This document shows positions 19,434 through 27,853 of a stretch of 64,000 nt of DNA, in pieces (position 1 is the first letter of the stretch; each line of letters opens with the position of its first letter). The stretch comes from Treponemataceae bacterium. Lineage in GTDB: Bacteria > Spirochaetota > Spirochaetia > Treponematales > Rectinemataceae. Position numbers and translations under genes: made by a program. Location of the stretch: NCBI GenBank assembly GCA_963678065.2, contig CAXXVZ010000003.1, forward strand, positions 2,335,562 to 2,399,561. Reading direction: 5' to 3'. The notes below the pieces were generated by a model. It saw only the letters and a program-made list of their open reading frames with translations. It was not told where the DNA came from and did no database searches.

Positions 19434-19700
19434 GATGAGCCCTCTATTGGACTACTCAATAATGTTTATCAATATGCAAAAAGAGCGGTCAATTCACTAG
19501 AGTGTAAAAACTCGCTGGAAAAACTTATTTCCCAAAATCTACATAACGAATGTGTAGATGATGGTATAAGAAGGTAAAGACAGGCTCAACCTTGTGCCCT
19601 AATTCAGTGCAGACAGATTTCAAATTGGTCGAATTGCTTCAGAACATAAAACCAGATTGTAGGGTCCCCCGGATCAGGAATCTGTGGTGCGAAAATGGGC

Positions 19701-19731
19701 TTGACCCGACTATGACTTCACAGTTTAGGCT
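19701..19731 (+). promoter_or_regulatory. MerR-type promoter/operator
   Basis: TTGACC-19 bp-TAGGCT with the dyad ACTATGA-ct-TCACAGT in the spacer. Confidence 0.75.
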
Positions 19732-19738
19732 AGGATAT

Positions 19739-21013
19739 ATGGAAACCTATCGCATAACCGAACTTGGACGGCGCTTCGGCCTTTCGCGCTCGACGCTGCT
19801 GTACTACGACCGCATCGGGCTGTTGCGCCCGAGCGGGCGAAGCCAAGTGGACTACAGACTGTACACGCAGGAGGATATGGACAGGCTGGAACGCGTCTGC
19901 TTCTTCCGCGAGGCAGGTTTGAGCCTGTCGGAAATCGCGCGCCTATTGGAAAACGCCAACGACGATAGCTCGATTCTGGAGAGACGCCTGCGCGAAATCG
20001 GCCGCGAGGTCGCGACGCTCAAGTCCCAGCAACGACTCATCGCCGGCATGCTCAAGACGGTGACGGCGGGGCTCGACGCCTCGGGGCTGGACAAAGAGCT
20101 GTGGTTGAGCCTGCAGAAGGCCTGCGGTCTCGACGAGACGGCGCTCAAGCGCTGGCATACCGAGTTCGAACGCAGGGCGCCGGGCGCGCATCACGATTTC
20201 CTGCTGAGCCTGGGGCTCAGCGAAAAGGAAGCCATTCAGGTCAGGATGCTGACCAAAAGCATGGAGGACAACAAGATGAAAATGAACTATTTCTTCGAAC
20301 TCTTCGAAGATCTTCCCCGGCAGGGGCCAGGTTGCAGGGAAGCCACCCTCAGGGCGCTCGGTCTGCTGAAGGATCTGCCATCAAAGCCCAGAGTGCTGGA
20401 TATCGGCTGCGGCTGCGGTATGCAGACGCAGATCCTCGCCCAGGAACTAAAGACGAAAATCCTGGCGATCGACAACCATCGGCCCGTGCTGGATCACCTG
20501 GACCAGGCCGCCGCACGGAAGGGCCTGGAAATCGAAACACGCGAGCTGTCCATGATCGACATGCCCTTCGAGGAAAAGAGCTTCGACCTGCTCTGGAGCG
20601 AGGGCTCGATTTTCATCATCGGGCTCGCGCGCGGTCTCGCGGACTTCAGGGCCTACCTCAAGCCGGGCGGCTATCTGGCCTTCACCGAAATGTGCTGGTT
20701 CGTGAGCGATCCTCCGGCCGAGGCCAAGGCTTACTTCGACAAGGTCTATCCGGACATCAGAGGTGTGGACGAAGTGCGCAGGATGGCGGCCACCAGCGGT
20801 TACAGGGTGATCGAAAGCTTCAATCTGCCCGACAGCGCGTGGTGGGACGACTACTACACGCCGATGCTCGGGCGCATGGAGGAACTGAAGCTCAAGAACG
20901 CCGGTCTAGCCGAGGCGGAAGCGGTCTACGCCGACTGCGAGATCGAGGTCGAGATGTTCCGGCGGCATTCGAAGAGCTACGGCTACACTTTCTTCGTGCT
21001 GCAGAAGACCTGA
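19739..21013 (+). CDS. MerR-family regulator fused to a class I SAM methyltransferase
   Basis: YRITELGRRFGLSRSTLLYYDRIGLL HTH; VLDIGCGCG; FDLLWSEGS. Confidence 0.88.
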   Translation: METYRITELGRRFGLSRSTLLYYDRIGLLRPSGRSQVDYRLYTQEDMDRLERVCFFREAGLSLSEIARLLENANDDSSILERRLREIGREVATLKSQQRLIAGMLKTVTAGLDASGLDKELWLSLQKACGLDETALKRWHTEFERRAPGAHHDFLLSLGLSEKEAIQVRMLTKSMEDNKMKMNYFFELFEDLPRQGPGCREATLRALGLLKDLPSKPRVLDIGCGCGMQTQILAQELKTKILAIDNHRPVLDHLDQAAARKGLEIETRELSMIDMPFEEKSFDLLWSEGSIFIIGLARGLADFRAYLKPGGYLAFTEMCWFVSDPPAEAKAYFDKVYPDIRGVDEVRRMAATSGYRVIESFNLPDSAWWDDYYTPMLGRMEELKLKNAGLAEAEAVYADCEIEVEMFRRHSKSYGYTFFVLQKT

Positions 21014-21047
21014 GCTCTCCGGCACAATGACGAATTTGGAGACAAAA

Positions 21048-21158
21048 ATGACACTCAAGGATATCGGGTACAACGAAATTATTGAAAAATATGCCCTCGA
21101 AAAAAATACGGACGGATTTCAAGTGGGTCGAATCGTCTCGGAACAAAAAGAAAGATAA
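21048..21158 (+). pseudogene. N-terminal fragment resembling an RsgA-type GTPase
   Basis: MTLKDIGYNEIIEKY...GRIVSEQKER*, truncated. Confidence 0.45.
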
Positions 21159-21169
21159 AAAAGGGCAAT

Positions 21170-21400
21170 TGCCCAAGCAAGATTGAGGAATGAAGAAGCA
21201 TCGAGGGCCTCAGAGACAGGCCGACGATCCTGATCTTTCGTGCCAGGGAGTCTGTTCGCGAGCCAGTCGGCGACAACACGTGATGCGGCATTTCCACTCC
21301 GCTTGCCGGTTGAAATACCGTTAGAGTATTTTCCAGTGTCATTCAGGAACCGAACATAGACAATGGATCTACGACGATACAACGAAAAAACCGACGACAT
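21170..21400 (-). pseudogene. integrase N-terminal relic of an older tRNA-Lys element
   Basis: FSLYRRRSIVYVRFLN..YSNGISTG..AASRVVADWL aligns by eye with the N-terminus of the integrase starting at 47652; next to an att copy. Confidence 0.75.
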
Positions 21401-21495
21401 GAAACCCGCCTCTGTGCTCGAAGTGTCTTATTACACTTCATACTACAGTAATACAAGGTTTACACTCGCCGGTTTTCCGGGAGAAATGTAATTCA

Positions 21496-21559
21496 TTCTC
21501 TTAAAAGACTTTATTCTTGAGCCGCACAAGATTCGAACTTGTGACCCACGCCTTAAAAG
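21496..21559. repeat. att site: duplicated 3' part of tRNA-Lys
   Basis: 64 bp identical to 47740-47803. Confidence 0.95.
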
Positions 21560-21701
21560 AACATATTTTATCACATCACGGTGTATCTTTATGTACTATG
21601 TTAACTACTAATTCTTTATCTGTCAATGCAAATCGTTTCACAACGTGTCAAGCAGTACTACCCTATATAGCGATTTATCTCATAGTTTTATCTCATACTA
21701 C

Positions 21702-22026
21702 TTATTCCGTATTTGTGTGTGACATTTCTGCCAGGAGCTGCTTTACTCGTTCGATTGGGAGAGGAGCTGAGCCTTCAAAATGGTTGTTGACGTTCAGATA
21801 GACTTGCTTACCATGGTTCGAAAGCTCGTTGATCATGACAGCGATAGAAGGCAGTTGCGATTTGGGCTCGACAATCCGGTTCCATTCTTGCTGTGTGGCT
21901 TTCTCGATTTCCATCCGATCACCCCCGAGGAGCCGGATGACAACAAGACTGGATAACAGGTGACCGAACTTCCTGTATAAATCGACGATGTGTGGCATGT
22001 ACTGTTTTTCTGAAAAGACCATCAAG
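21702..22026 (-). pseudogene. DUF72-family C-terminal fragment
   Basis: VIRLLGGDR...VYLNVNNHFEGSAP; 5' part cut by the IS3 remnant. Confidence 0.6.
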
Positions 22027-22540
22027 TGGACTTGCCCGGGTTTCGTGGAGGCTTGGTTAAGCCACTCTCCTGAGCATCGCTGCGGGTGGCCTGAAGCCGT
22101 TTCGTGAGTGGATCCGAAGCCGATTGTAATACACCTCGATGTACTCGAACACTGCGGTCCTGACCTTCTTCCGGGTGGTTTTTCCGTCAAGCTCGGGGAG
22201 TTCCCTTTTCAGCGTCTTGAAAAAGGACTCCGCGCAGGTGTTGTCCCCAGCAGTTCCCCTTGCGGCTCATGCTCCTTACGAGTATCGGCATCGTCCCTAG
22301 GGAAGCCTCTCGAAAAGCATTGCAGCATTATTGGATGCCGGGGTCGGAATGGAACAACAGCGGGCCTTTGGGATTCTTCCTGTACACAGCCATCGCGAAG
22401 GCATCGATGACAATGGCCGCAGTCATGTCGGTCCTCATGGACCAGCCCACGACCATCCGTCAAACAGGTCTATGCCCACGCACAGGTAGAGCCAGCCATC
22501 GGTGGTCGGGATATACATTATGTCCAACACCCACACCGTA
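22027..22540 (-). mobile_element. degenerate IS3-family remnant
   Basis: Fragments [23 protein letters not shown] and VFEYIEVYYNRLRIHS; terminal ...GGGCAAGTCCA. Confidence 0.8.
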
Positions 22541-22723
22541 GTGGGCTCGGCGACGTCAAGGTATCATATCAAATGACTACATAGTATTTTCTACAGATAT
22601 ACTACGCACCCGTAAATAAATATTTTCATCGTTGACTTTTGATGAATACTCTGCAAATCATCTTATACGGATCAAGATAAATGCTGTTCGGCGGACGCTC
22701 TGCGCAGGGAAGGAAACGAATAA

Positions 22724-23179
22724 ATGAGAGATAAACGATTTATAGCAAATCATATGGGCGGTCCATTAAGTTTAGAAAGACATAGGTCATTGATTCATTG
22801 GGCTGTTGACTGTGTAAAACATGGAATTGAAATAGCAAATGAAAAGGATATTGACGAAAGAGCATTAAATGCTCTGGAAATTGCTGAAAAATGGGAAAAA
22901 GGAAATGCTACTGTTGGAGAAGCAAGAGAAGCAGCATTTGCAGCACATGATGCCGCAAGAGAATGTGAAGATAAGATTAAACAAGCATTAATGCGTGCCT
23001 GTGGTCATGCGGTAGCAACAGCTCATATGGCTGATCACTCATTGCAAGCCAGAAAATATGTATTAAAAGCAGTAAAGCTAACGAATAGGGAAATAGCAAA
23101 AGAAATGGAATGGCAAATACAAAGAGCAGATGTAAATATTAAAGAATTACTTATAGGAAATGGAAATGAATTATGCTAA
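22724..23179 (+). CDS. cassette gene: Imm5-like putative immunity protein (copy 1)
   Basis: MRDKRFIA..GGPL..HWAVDC..ACGHAVATAHMADH; AT-rich; followed by attC. Confidence 0.7.
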   Translation: MRDKRFIANHMGGPLSLERHRSLIHWAVDCVKHGIEIANEKDIDERALNALEIAEKWEKGNATVGEAREAAFAAHDAARECEDKIKQALMRACGHAVATAHMADHSLQARKYVLKAVKLTNREIAKEMEWQIQRADVNIKELLIGNGNELC

Positions 23180-23189
23180 AGAAGAAGAC

Positions 23190-23316
23190 GCCGAACAATC
23201 GCTTCAACCGGACAGCGCCTTTTGTCACGGTTTGTGCTACTCGCTTCGCTCGCTTGTGCACAAACCGCGCCAACCCGCTTCGCGGGACAGGCTTGCCGGT
23301 TAAGCCAATGTTGCAC
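23190..23316 (+). other. attC site 1
   Basis: R'' GCCGAAC, L'' CTTCAACC, L' GGTTAAG, R' GTTGCAC; imperfect palindrome of 127 bp. Confidence 0.88.
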
Positions 23317-23427
23317 TAAACCGCTGTGCCAGCGGTGGAGGATTTGCTTTCATTCCTACCTTTTGCGAGGTTCGGGCACATTCATAGACCACGGATACTT
23401 CTGGCATCATCACGCCGGAGGTATCCA

Positions 23428-24309
23428 ATGCACTACGAACTCGAACTCGAAGCCATGCGCAAAGCGCTGGTCATCCGCAACTACGCCACCAAGACCATCA
23501 GCACCTATGTCTCCGTCCTCAAGCGGTACCTTGAACAGCTTGACAAGCCGATCGCCTGTGTCACATCGGCCGACATCCAGGAGTGGCAGTATCATCTCGT
23601 CAATGAAGAAAAAGTATCTTGGTCTCTCTTCAACCAGATGGTCTGCGCCCTCAGGTTCTATTTCAAGAACGTGCGCACCTGCGATTTCACGGTCAAACAC
23701 ATTCCGTTCCAGCGCAGACGAAGGCGATTTCCGTCCATACTGTCCAAAGAAGAGGTAGCAGCTCTTCTGGAAACCGCGCGGCTGAATCCCAAGCACTATG
23801 CGATCATCGCCACGCTGTACTCCACCGGCCTGCGCCTTGGCGAATTGGTCAAGCTCCAGATACCCGACATCGACAGTACGATGATGCTCGTGCACGTCCG
23901 GCAAGGCAAAGGTGGCAAGGATCGGCATGTCCAGCTCAGTTCCCACCTCCTCGGGATATTGCGGGCCTATTATCGCTCGTGCCTCGTCAAGCCGAAAACC
24001 TGGCTCTTCCCGGGTGCCAAGAACGATGGCCCGCTGGATCCGAGTGGTATCCAGAGGATGGTTCCCGCTATCGCACGAAAAGCCGGAATCGAGAAGCATA
24101 TCTCGCCGCACACGCTCCGGCATTGCTTCGCAACCCACCTGCTCGAAGACCACACCGACCTGCGCACCATCCAGTCCATGCTCGGTCACAGCTCCATCCA
24201 GACGACGGAAGTGTACCTGCACGTGGCGACGCATCATCTCCAGAGTGTCCGCAACCCCCTCGACCATCTCCCGGCACCAGGTGTGCACTCCGCGGGAAAG
24301 CCCCGATGA
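23428..24309 (+). CDS. IntI-related tyrosine recombinase lacking the IntI-specific insertion
   Basis: RNYATKTISTY N-terminal domain, TGLRLGE, GKGGKDR, HTLRHCFATHLLE, LGHSSIQTTEVYLHV; short KDR-to-WLFP segment. Confidence 0.9.
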   Translation: MHYELELEAMRKALVIRNYATKTISTYVSVLKRYLEQLDKPIACVTSADIQEWQYHLVNEEKVSWSLFNQMVCALRFYFKNVRTCDFTVKHIPFQRRRRRFPSILSKEEVAALLETARLNPKHYAIIATLYSTGLRLGELVKLQIPDIDSTMMLVHVRQGKGGKDRHVQLSSHLLGILRAYYRSCLVKPKTWLFPGAKNDGPLDPSGIQRMVPAIARKAGIEKHISPHTLRHCFATHLLEDHTDLRTIQSMLGHSSIQTTEVYLHVATHHLQSVRNPLDHLPAPGVHSAGKPR

Positions 24310-25514
24310 GCGCACTAGGCGACATAGCGCGGCGGGGGATGGCGCTCTCCTGGCTCACCGGTCAGGAACGGAGCGTCCTCTCTCACATAGCCGACTGCAA
24401 GACGGAGCGACTCGGAGGGAATGTTCTTTCGTGCGAGTGCGGGCACCGCGAGGTTCACTACAATTCCTGTCGTGACCGGCATTGCCCGCTCTGCCAGGGT
24501 GCCGCGTGTGCGCGCTGGGTGCGCGCGCGCCTTGGCGAACTCTTACCCTGCGGGTACTTCCATGTGGTCTTCACGGTCCCCCACGAACTGCACTACCTTG
24601 CCCTTTCCAACCGCCACGCATTCTACCGGGCGCTCTTCCTCTCGGTCCACGAAACCCTTAAGGATGTCTGCGCCAATCCCGCCAACCTCGGTGCCCGCGT
24701 GGGCGGCATGTCCATCCTCCACACCTGGAACCAGAAGCTCGCTTTCCACCCGCACATCCATTGTATCGTACCCACAGGAGGTATTTCGTCCGACTTCTCG
24801 CGCTGGATAGCGGGGAACCCCACCTACCTCGTTTCGGTCAAGCGCCTGTCAGCGGTGTTTCGCGGCAAACTCCTGAGCCGTCTTGAGCAGTCCATCGGCA
24901 GACATGACCTGTGCGGCGACGAATCGGCGCTCCGCGATGCGGTGTGCGCTGCCGCTCGCAAGGACTTCGTCGTCTATGCCAAGCCACCCTTCGGTGGTCC
25001 CGGCCAGGTGGTCAAATACTTGGGCCGCTACACGCATCGCGTCGGCATCAGCGAACCCCGCATCGTCTGTGTCACTCAGGAGAGAGTGAGTTTTTCGTGG
25101 ATCGACCGCGCCGCGGGGCATGCGAGACGAGTGATGAGCCTGTCCTGTGACGAGTTCATCCGAAAGTTCACCCTGCACATCCTGCCCAAAGGACTGCGGA
25201 AGATCCGCTATTTCGGCTTCATGGGGAACCGGGACCGGACCGCTTCCCTTGTCCGCGTGCGTGCGCTCATCGCATCCTCGTCCGATTCACTCCCGAACCG
25301 GCCTGAAACCGACGAATTCCCGGCACACGGGAGCGCGATGGAGGCTCCCCGCGTCGAACCGTGCGCCGTTTCCCGCTGCCCGCGATGCGGACTGCCTCTG
25401 AGCATTCACCATCCGATCGGGGTGTCGTCATCGGGGTCGCACTGGCTCACATCGCGGCTTGCGTTCCTGCGGGAAGTCCATGGACCGGAACCGAACAGGG
25501 CGGTGTTTGCCTGA
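24306..25514 (+). CDS. IS91-family HUH (Y2) transposase with Zn-binding domain
   Basis: CECGH..YNSCRDRHCPLC, YFHVVFTVP, HPHIH (HUH), YLGRY, HILPKGLRKIRYFG; ATGA overlap with the recombinase gene. Confidence 0.92.
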   Translation: MSALGDIARRGMALSWLTGQERSVLSHIADCKTERLGGNVLSCECGHREVHYNSCRDRHCPLCQGAACARWVRARLGELLPCGYFHVVFTVPHELHYLALSNRHAFYRALFLSVHETLKDVCANPANLGARVGGMSILHTWNQKLAFHPHIHCIVPTGGISSDFSRWIAGNPTYLVSVKRLSAVFRGKLLSRLEQSIGRHDLCGDESALRDAVCAAARKDFVVYAKPPFGGPGQVVKYLGRYTHRVGISEPRIVCVTQERVSFSWIDRAAGHARRVMSLSCDEFIRKFTLHILPKGLRKIRYFGFMGNRDRTASLVRVRALIASSSDSLPNRPETDEFPAHGSAMEAPRVEPCAVSRCPRCGLPLSIHHPIGVSSSGSHWLTSRLAFLREVHGPEPNRAVFA

Positions 25515-25807
25515 ACGAGGGGTGTGACTCCTGAGTCCGAATTTCACCGAACATCCGCCCATTGTGCCTGTATTCCCTTCATCCCCTCACAATTCCCGGC
25601 AGGTAAAAACTGCTCTGAATACGGCATTGCCCATGATCACGCTTACGGATAAAAATCGTACTGCCGTGTACATGCCCGTTAATAAAAAAAATCGTCCCGT
25701 TACGCGCGTCTCCTCTCATTTCCCGCCTTGTAGTACCGAGAAACCCCGGATTGTTCTTCAATTTGATGTGAAGACTTGATACAGTACCCATAGGGGACGA
25801 CGGTTCA

Positions 25808-25917
25808 GTGCAACACGTTCTATCCTGCAGAATCGAATTCTCGGTGTGCCACCCTCCTTCAGTACATCGAGAGTCGGTTGTCGCGCGATTCCGCAGGATA
25901 GAATGCTAATGTTCGGC
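25808..25917 (+). other. atypical attC-like site closing the recombinase/IS91 unit
   Basis: GTGCAAC ... TTCTATCCTGCAGAATCG / CGATTCCGCAGGATAGAA stem ... GTTCGGC. Confidence 0.7.
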
Positions 25918-25948
25918 GGACGCTCTGCGCAGGGAAGGAAACGAATAA

Positions 25949-26404
25949 ATGAGAGATAAACGATTTATAGCAAATCATATGGGCGGTCCATTAAGTTTAG
26001 AAAGACATAGGTCATTGATTCATTGGGCTGTTGACTGTGTAAAACATGGAATTGAAATAGCAAATGAAAAGGATATTGACGAAAGAGCATTAAATGCTCT
26101 GGAAATTGCTGAAAAATGGGAAAAAGGAAATGCTACTGTTGGAGAAGCAAGAGAAGCAGCATTTGCAGCACATGATGCCGCAAGAGAATGTGAAGATAAG
26201 ATTAAACAAGCATTAATGCGTGCCTGTGGTCATGCGGTAGCAACAGCTCATATGGCTGATCACTCATTGCAAGCCAGAAAATATGTATTAAAAGCAGTAA
26301 AGCTAACGAATAGGGAAATAGCAAAAGAAATGGAATGGCAAATACAAAGAGCAGATGTAAATATTAAAGAATTACTTATAGGAAATGGAAATGAATTATG
26401 TTAA
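25949..26404 (+). CDS. cassette gene: Imm5-like putative immunity protein (copy 2)
   Basis: Protein identical to 22724-23179. Confidence 0.7.
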   Translation: MRDKRFIANHMGGPLSLERHRSLIHWAVDCVKHGIEIANEKDIDERALNALEIAEKWEKGNATVGEAREAAFAAHDAARECEDKIKQALMRACGHAVATAHMADHSLQARKYVLKAVKLTNREIAKEMEWQIQRADVNIKELLIGNGNELC

Positions 26405-26414
26405 AGAAGAAGAC

Positions 26415-26541
26415 TCCGAACAATCGCTTCAACCGGACAGCGCCTTTTGTCACGGTTTGTGCTACTCGCTTCGCTCGCTTGCGCACAAACCGCGCCAACC
26501 CGCTTCGCGGGACAGGCTTGCCGGTTAAGCAAATGTTAGGA
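26415..26541 (+). other. attC site 3
   Basis: TCCGAAC...GTTAGGA; near-identical to attC1. Confidence 0.88.
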
Positions 26542-27853
26542 TTATTAAAGATTGGTAGGTAAGAGATGAAGTTTCATATTATAGATTCTATTTCTGGTAT
26601 TGACAGAGATTCTGTAAACGAGTGTTTTTTAGTAGTTGATAACTGGGATGATTGGTTTGAATTTTCAACAATGTACCGGCTATATTTTGTAACAATCTCA
26701 AATACAATAAAAGAAATTGGCTTTGTAAAAATTGGCCAATTTTTAATGAAAGAGGGACAGCGTAGACCATTATTAAATAGGGATTTTGAAAATTTAGAAG
26801 ATAACTATTTTTCTGTTGGTCAAGATGAGAAATATTATGAAAACATTAGATCGCTTGATGAGCATTTTAGAATAGAGATATTAAGTATCTTAAATGATTT
26901 TGCATTTAGTAATGAGATGTTTCAAAAAGCACTTGGTGAAAAGGTTACAAGAGTATCGCTACTTAGGTCAGTTTCCGAAAAGACAATAAGTGAACAGTTT
27001 AGAAGAATCCTTCTTGGTGGTGCAGCACAGACTTCATTCAACTTTTCATATTCATCTCCAATGTATTTTAAAAATCCATCATCAAAAATTAATTTGACCT
27101 TTAACGTTAATCCTGATTCAAGTCCTCCATCAAATATTCATGTCCTAATTGGAAGGAATGGTGTAGGGAAAACAACTCTTTTATCTAATATGGCAAATGC
27201 TGCTTTAAATTCTGATGATGGAAAATATGGGAGCTTTTCATCATCAAGCACTGACGAAAGAGTATCACAATTTTCTGGATTGATTACTGTCTCATATAGC
27301 GCATTTGATGATTTCACTGTTTCAAAGGAGAAACGAGACAATACGAATTCTTTGAGATACTCATATATTGGATTAAAAGAAATTAAAAAGGTTAACGGTA
27401 TTGAAATAAGAAAGAATAAATCAATGGAATCAATTGACAGTGAATTCGCACGTAGTCTGTTTTCTTGTGTTTTTACAGTTAAGAAAGAAATATGGATAAG
27501 TATTATTGCAAAATTAAAATATGACCCTATATTTTCTGAAGCAAATGTTACTGAACTATCAAATTACTCAGATAAAGAAACTTTTAAAAAGAATGCAATA
27601 GTGTTATTTAAAAAATTAAGTTCTGGGCATAAGATAGTATTATTAACATTAACTAAATTAATAGAGTTAATTGAAGAAAAATCTTTAGTTTTAATTGATG
27701 AACCAGAAGCGCATTTGCACCCGCCACTATTGTCAGCATATATTAGAACGTTATCAGAGTTGTTAAAATACAAAAATGCAGTTGCGATTATAGCTACGCA
27801 TTCACCGATTATTTTGCAAGAAGTTGCTTCCGATTGCGCATGGGTGCTTTATA

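Larger units (their letters stand above)
23311..25911 (+). mobile_element. tyrosine recombinase + IS91-family transposase unit occupying a cassette position
   Basis: Starts at the G|TT of attC1 and ends at the G|TT of the next cassette; GC-rich against AT-rich neighbours. Confidence 0.85.

Noticed and set aside
21518..21559. Extra tRNA-Lys gene
   Set aside because: Only the 3' half is present; it is an att duplicate.
23619..24305. N-terminal extension of the 631-aa ORF as a recombinase-transposase fusion
   Set aside because: It is an alternate-frame overlap with the recombinase gene; the real start is the coupled ATG at 24306.
23428..24309. Canonical integron integrase intI
   Set aside because: Lacks the IntI-specific insertion between KDR and the WxFP motif, and lies inside the array coupled to an IS91 transposase.
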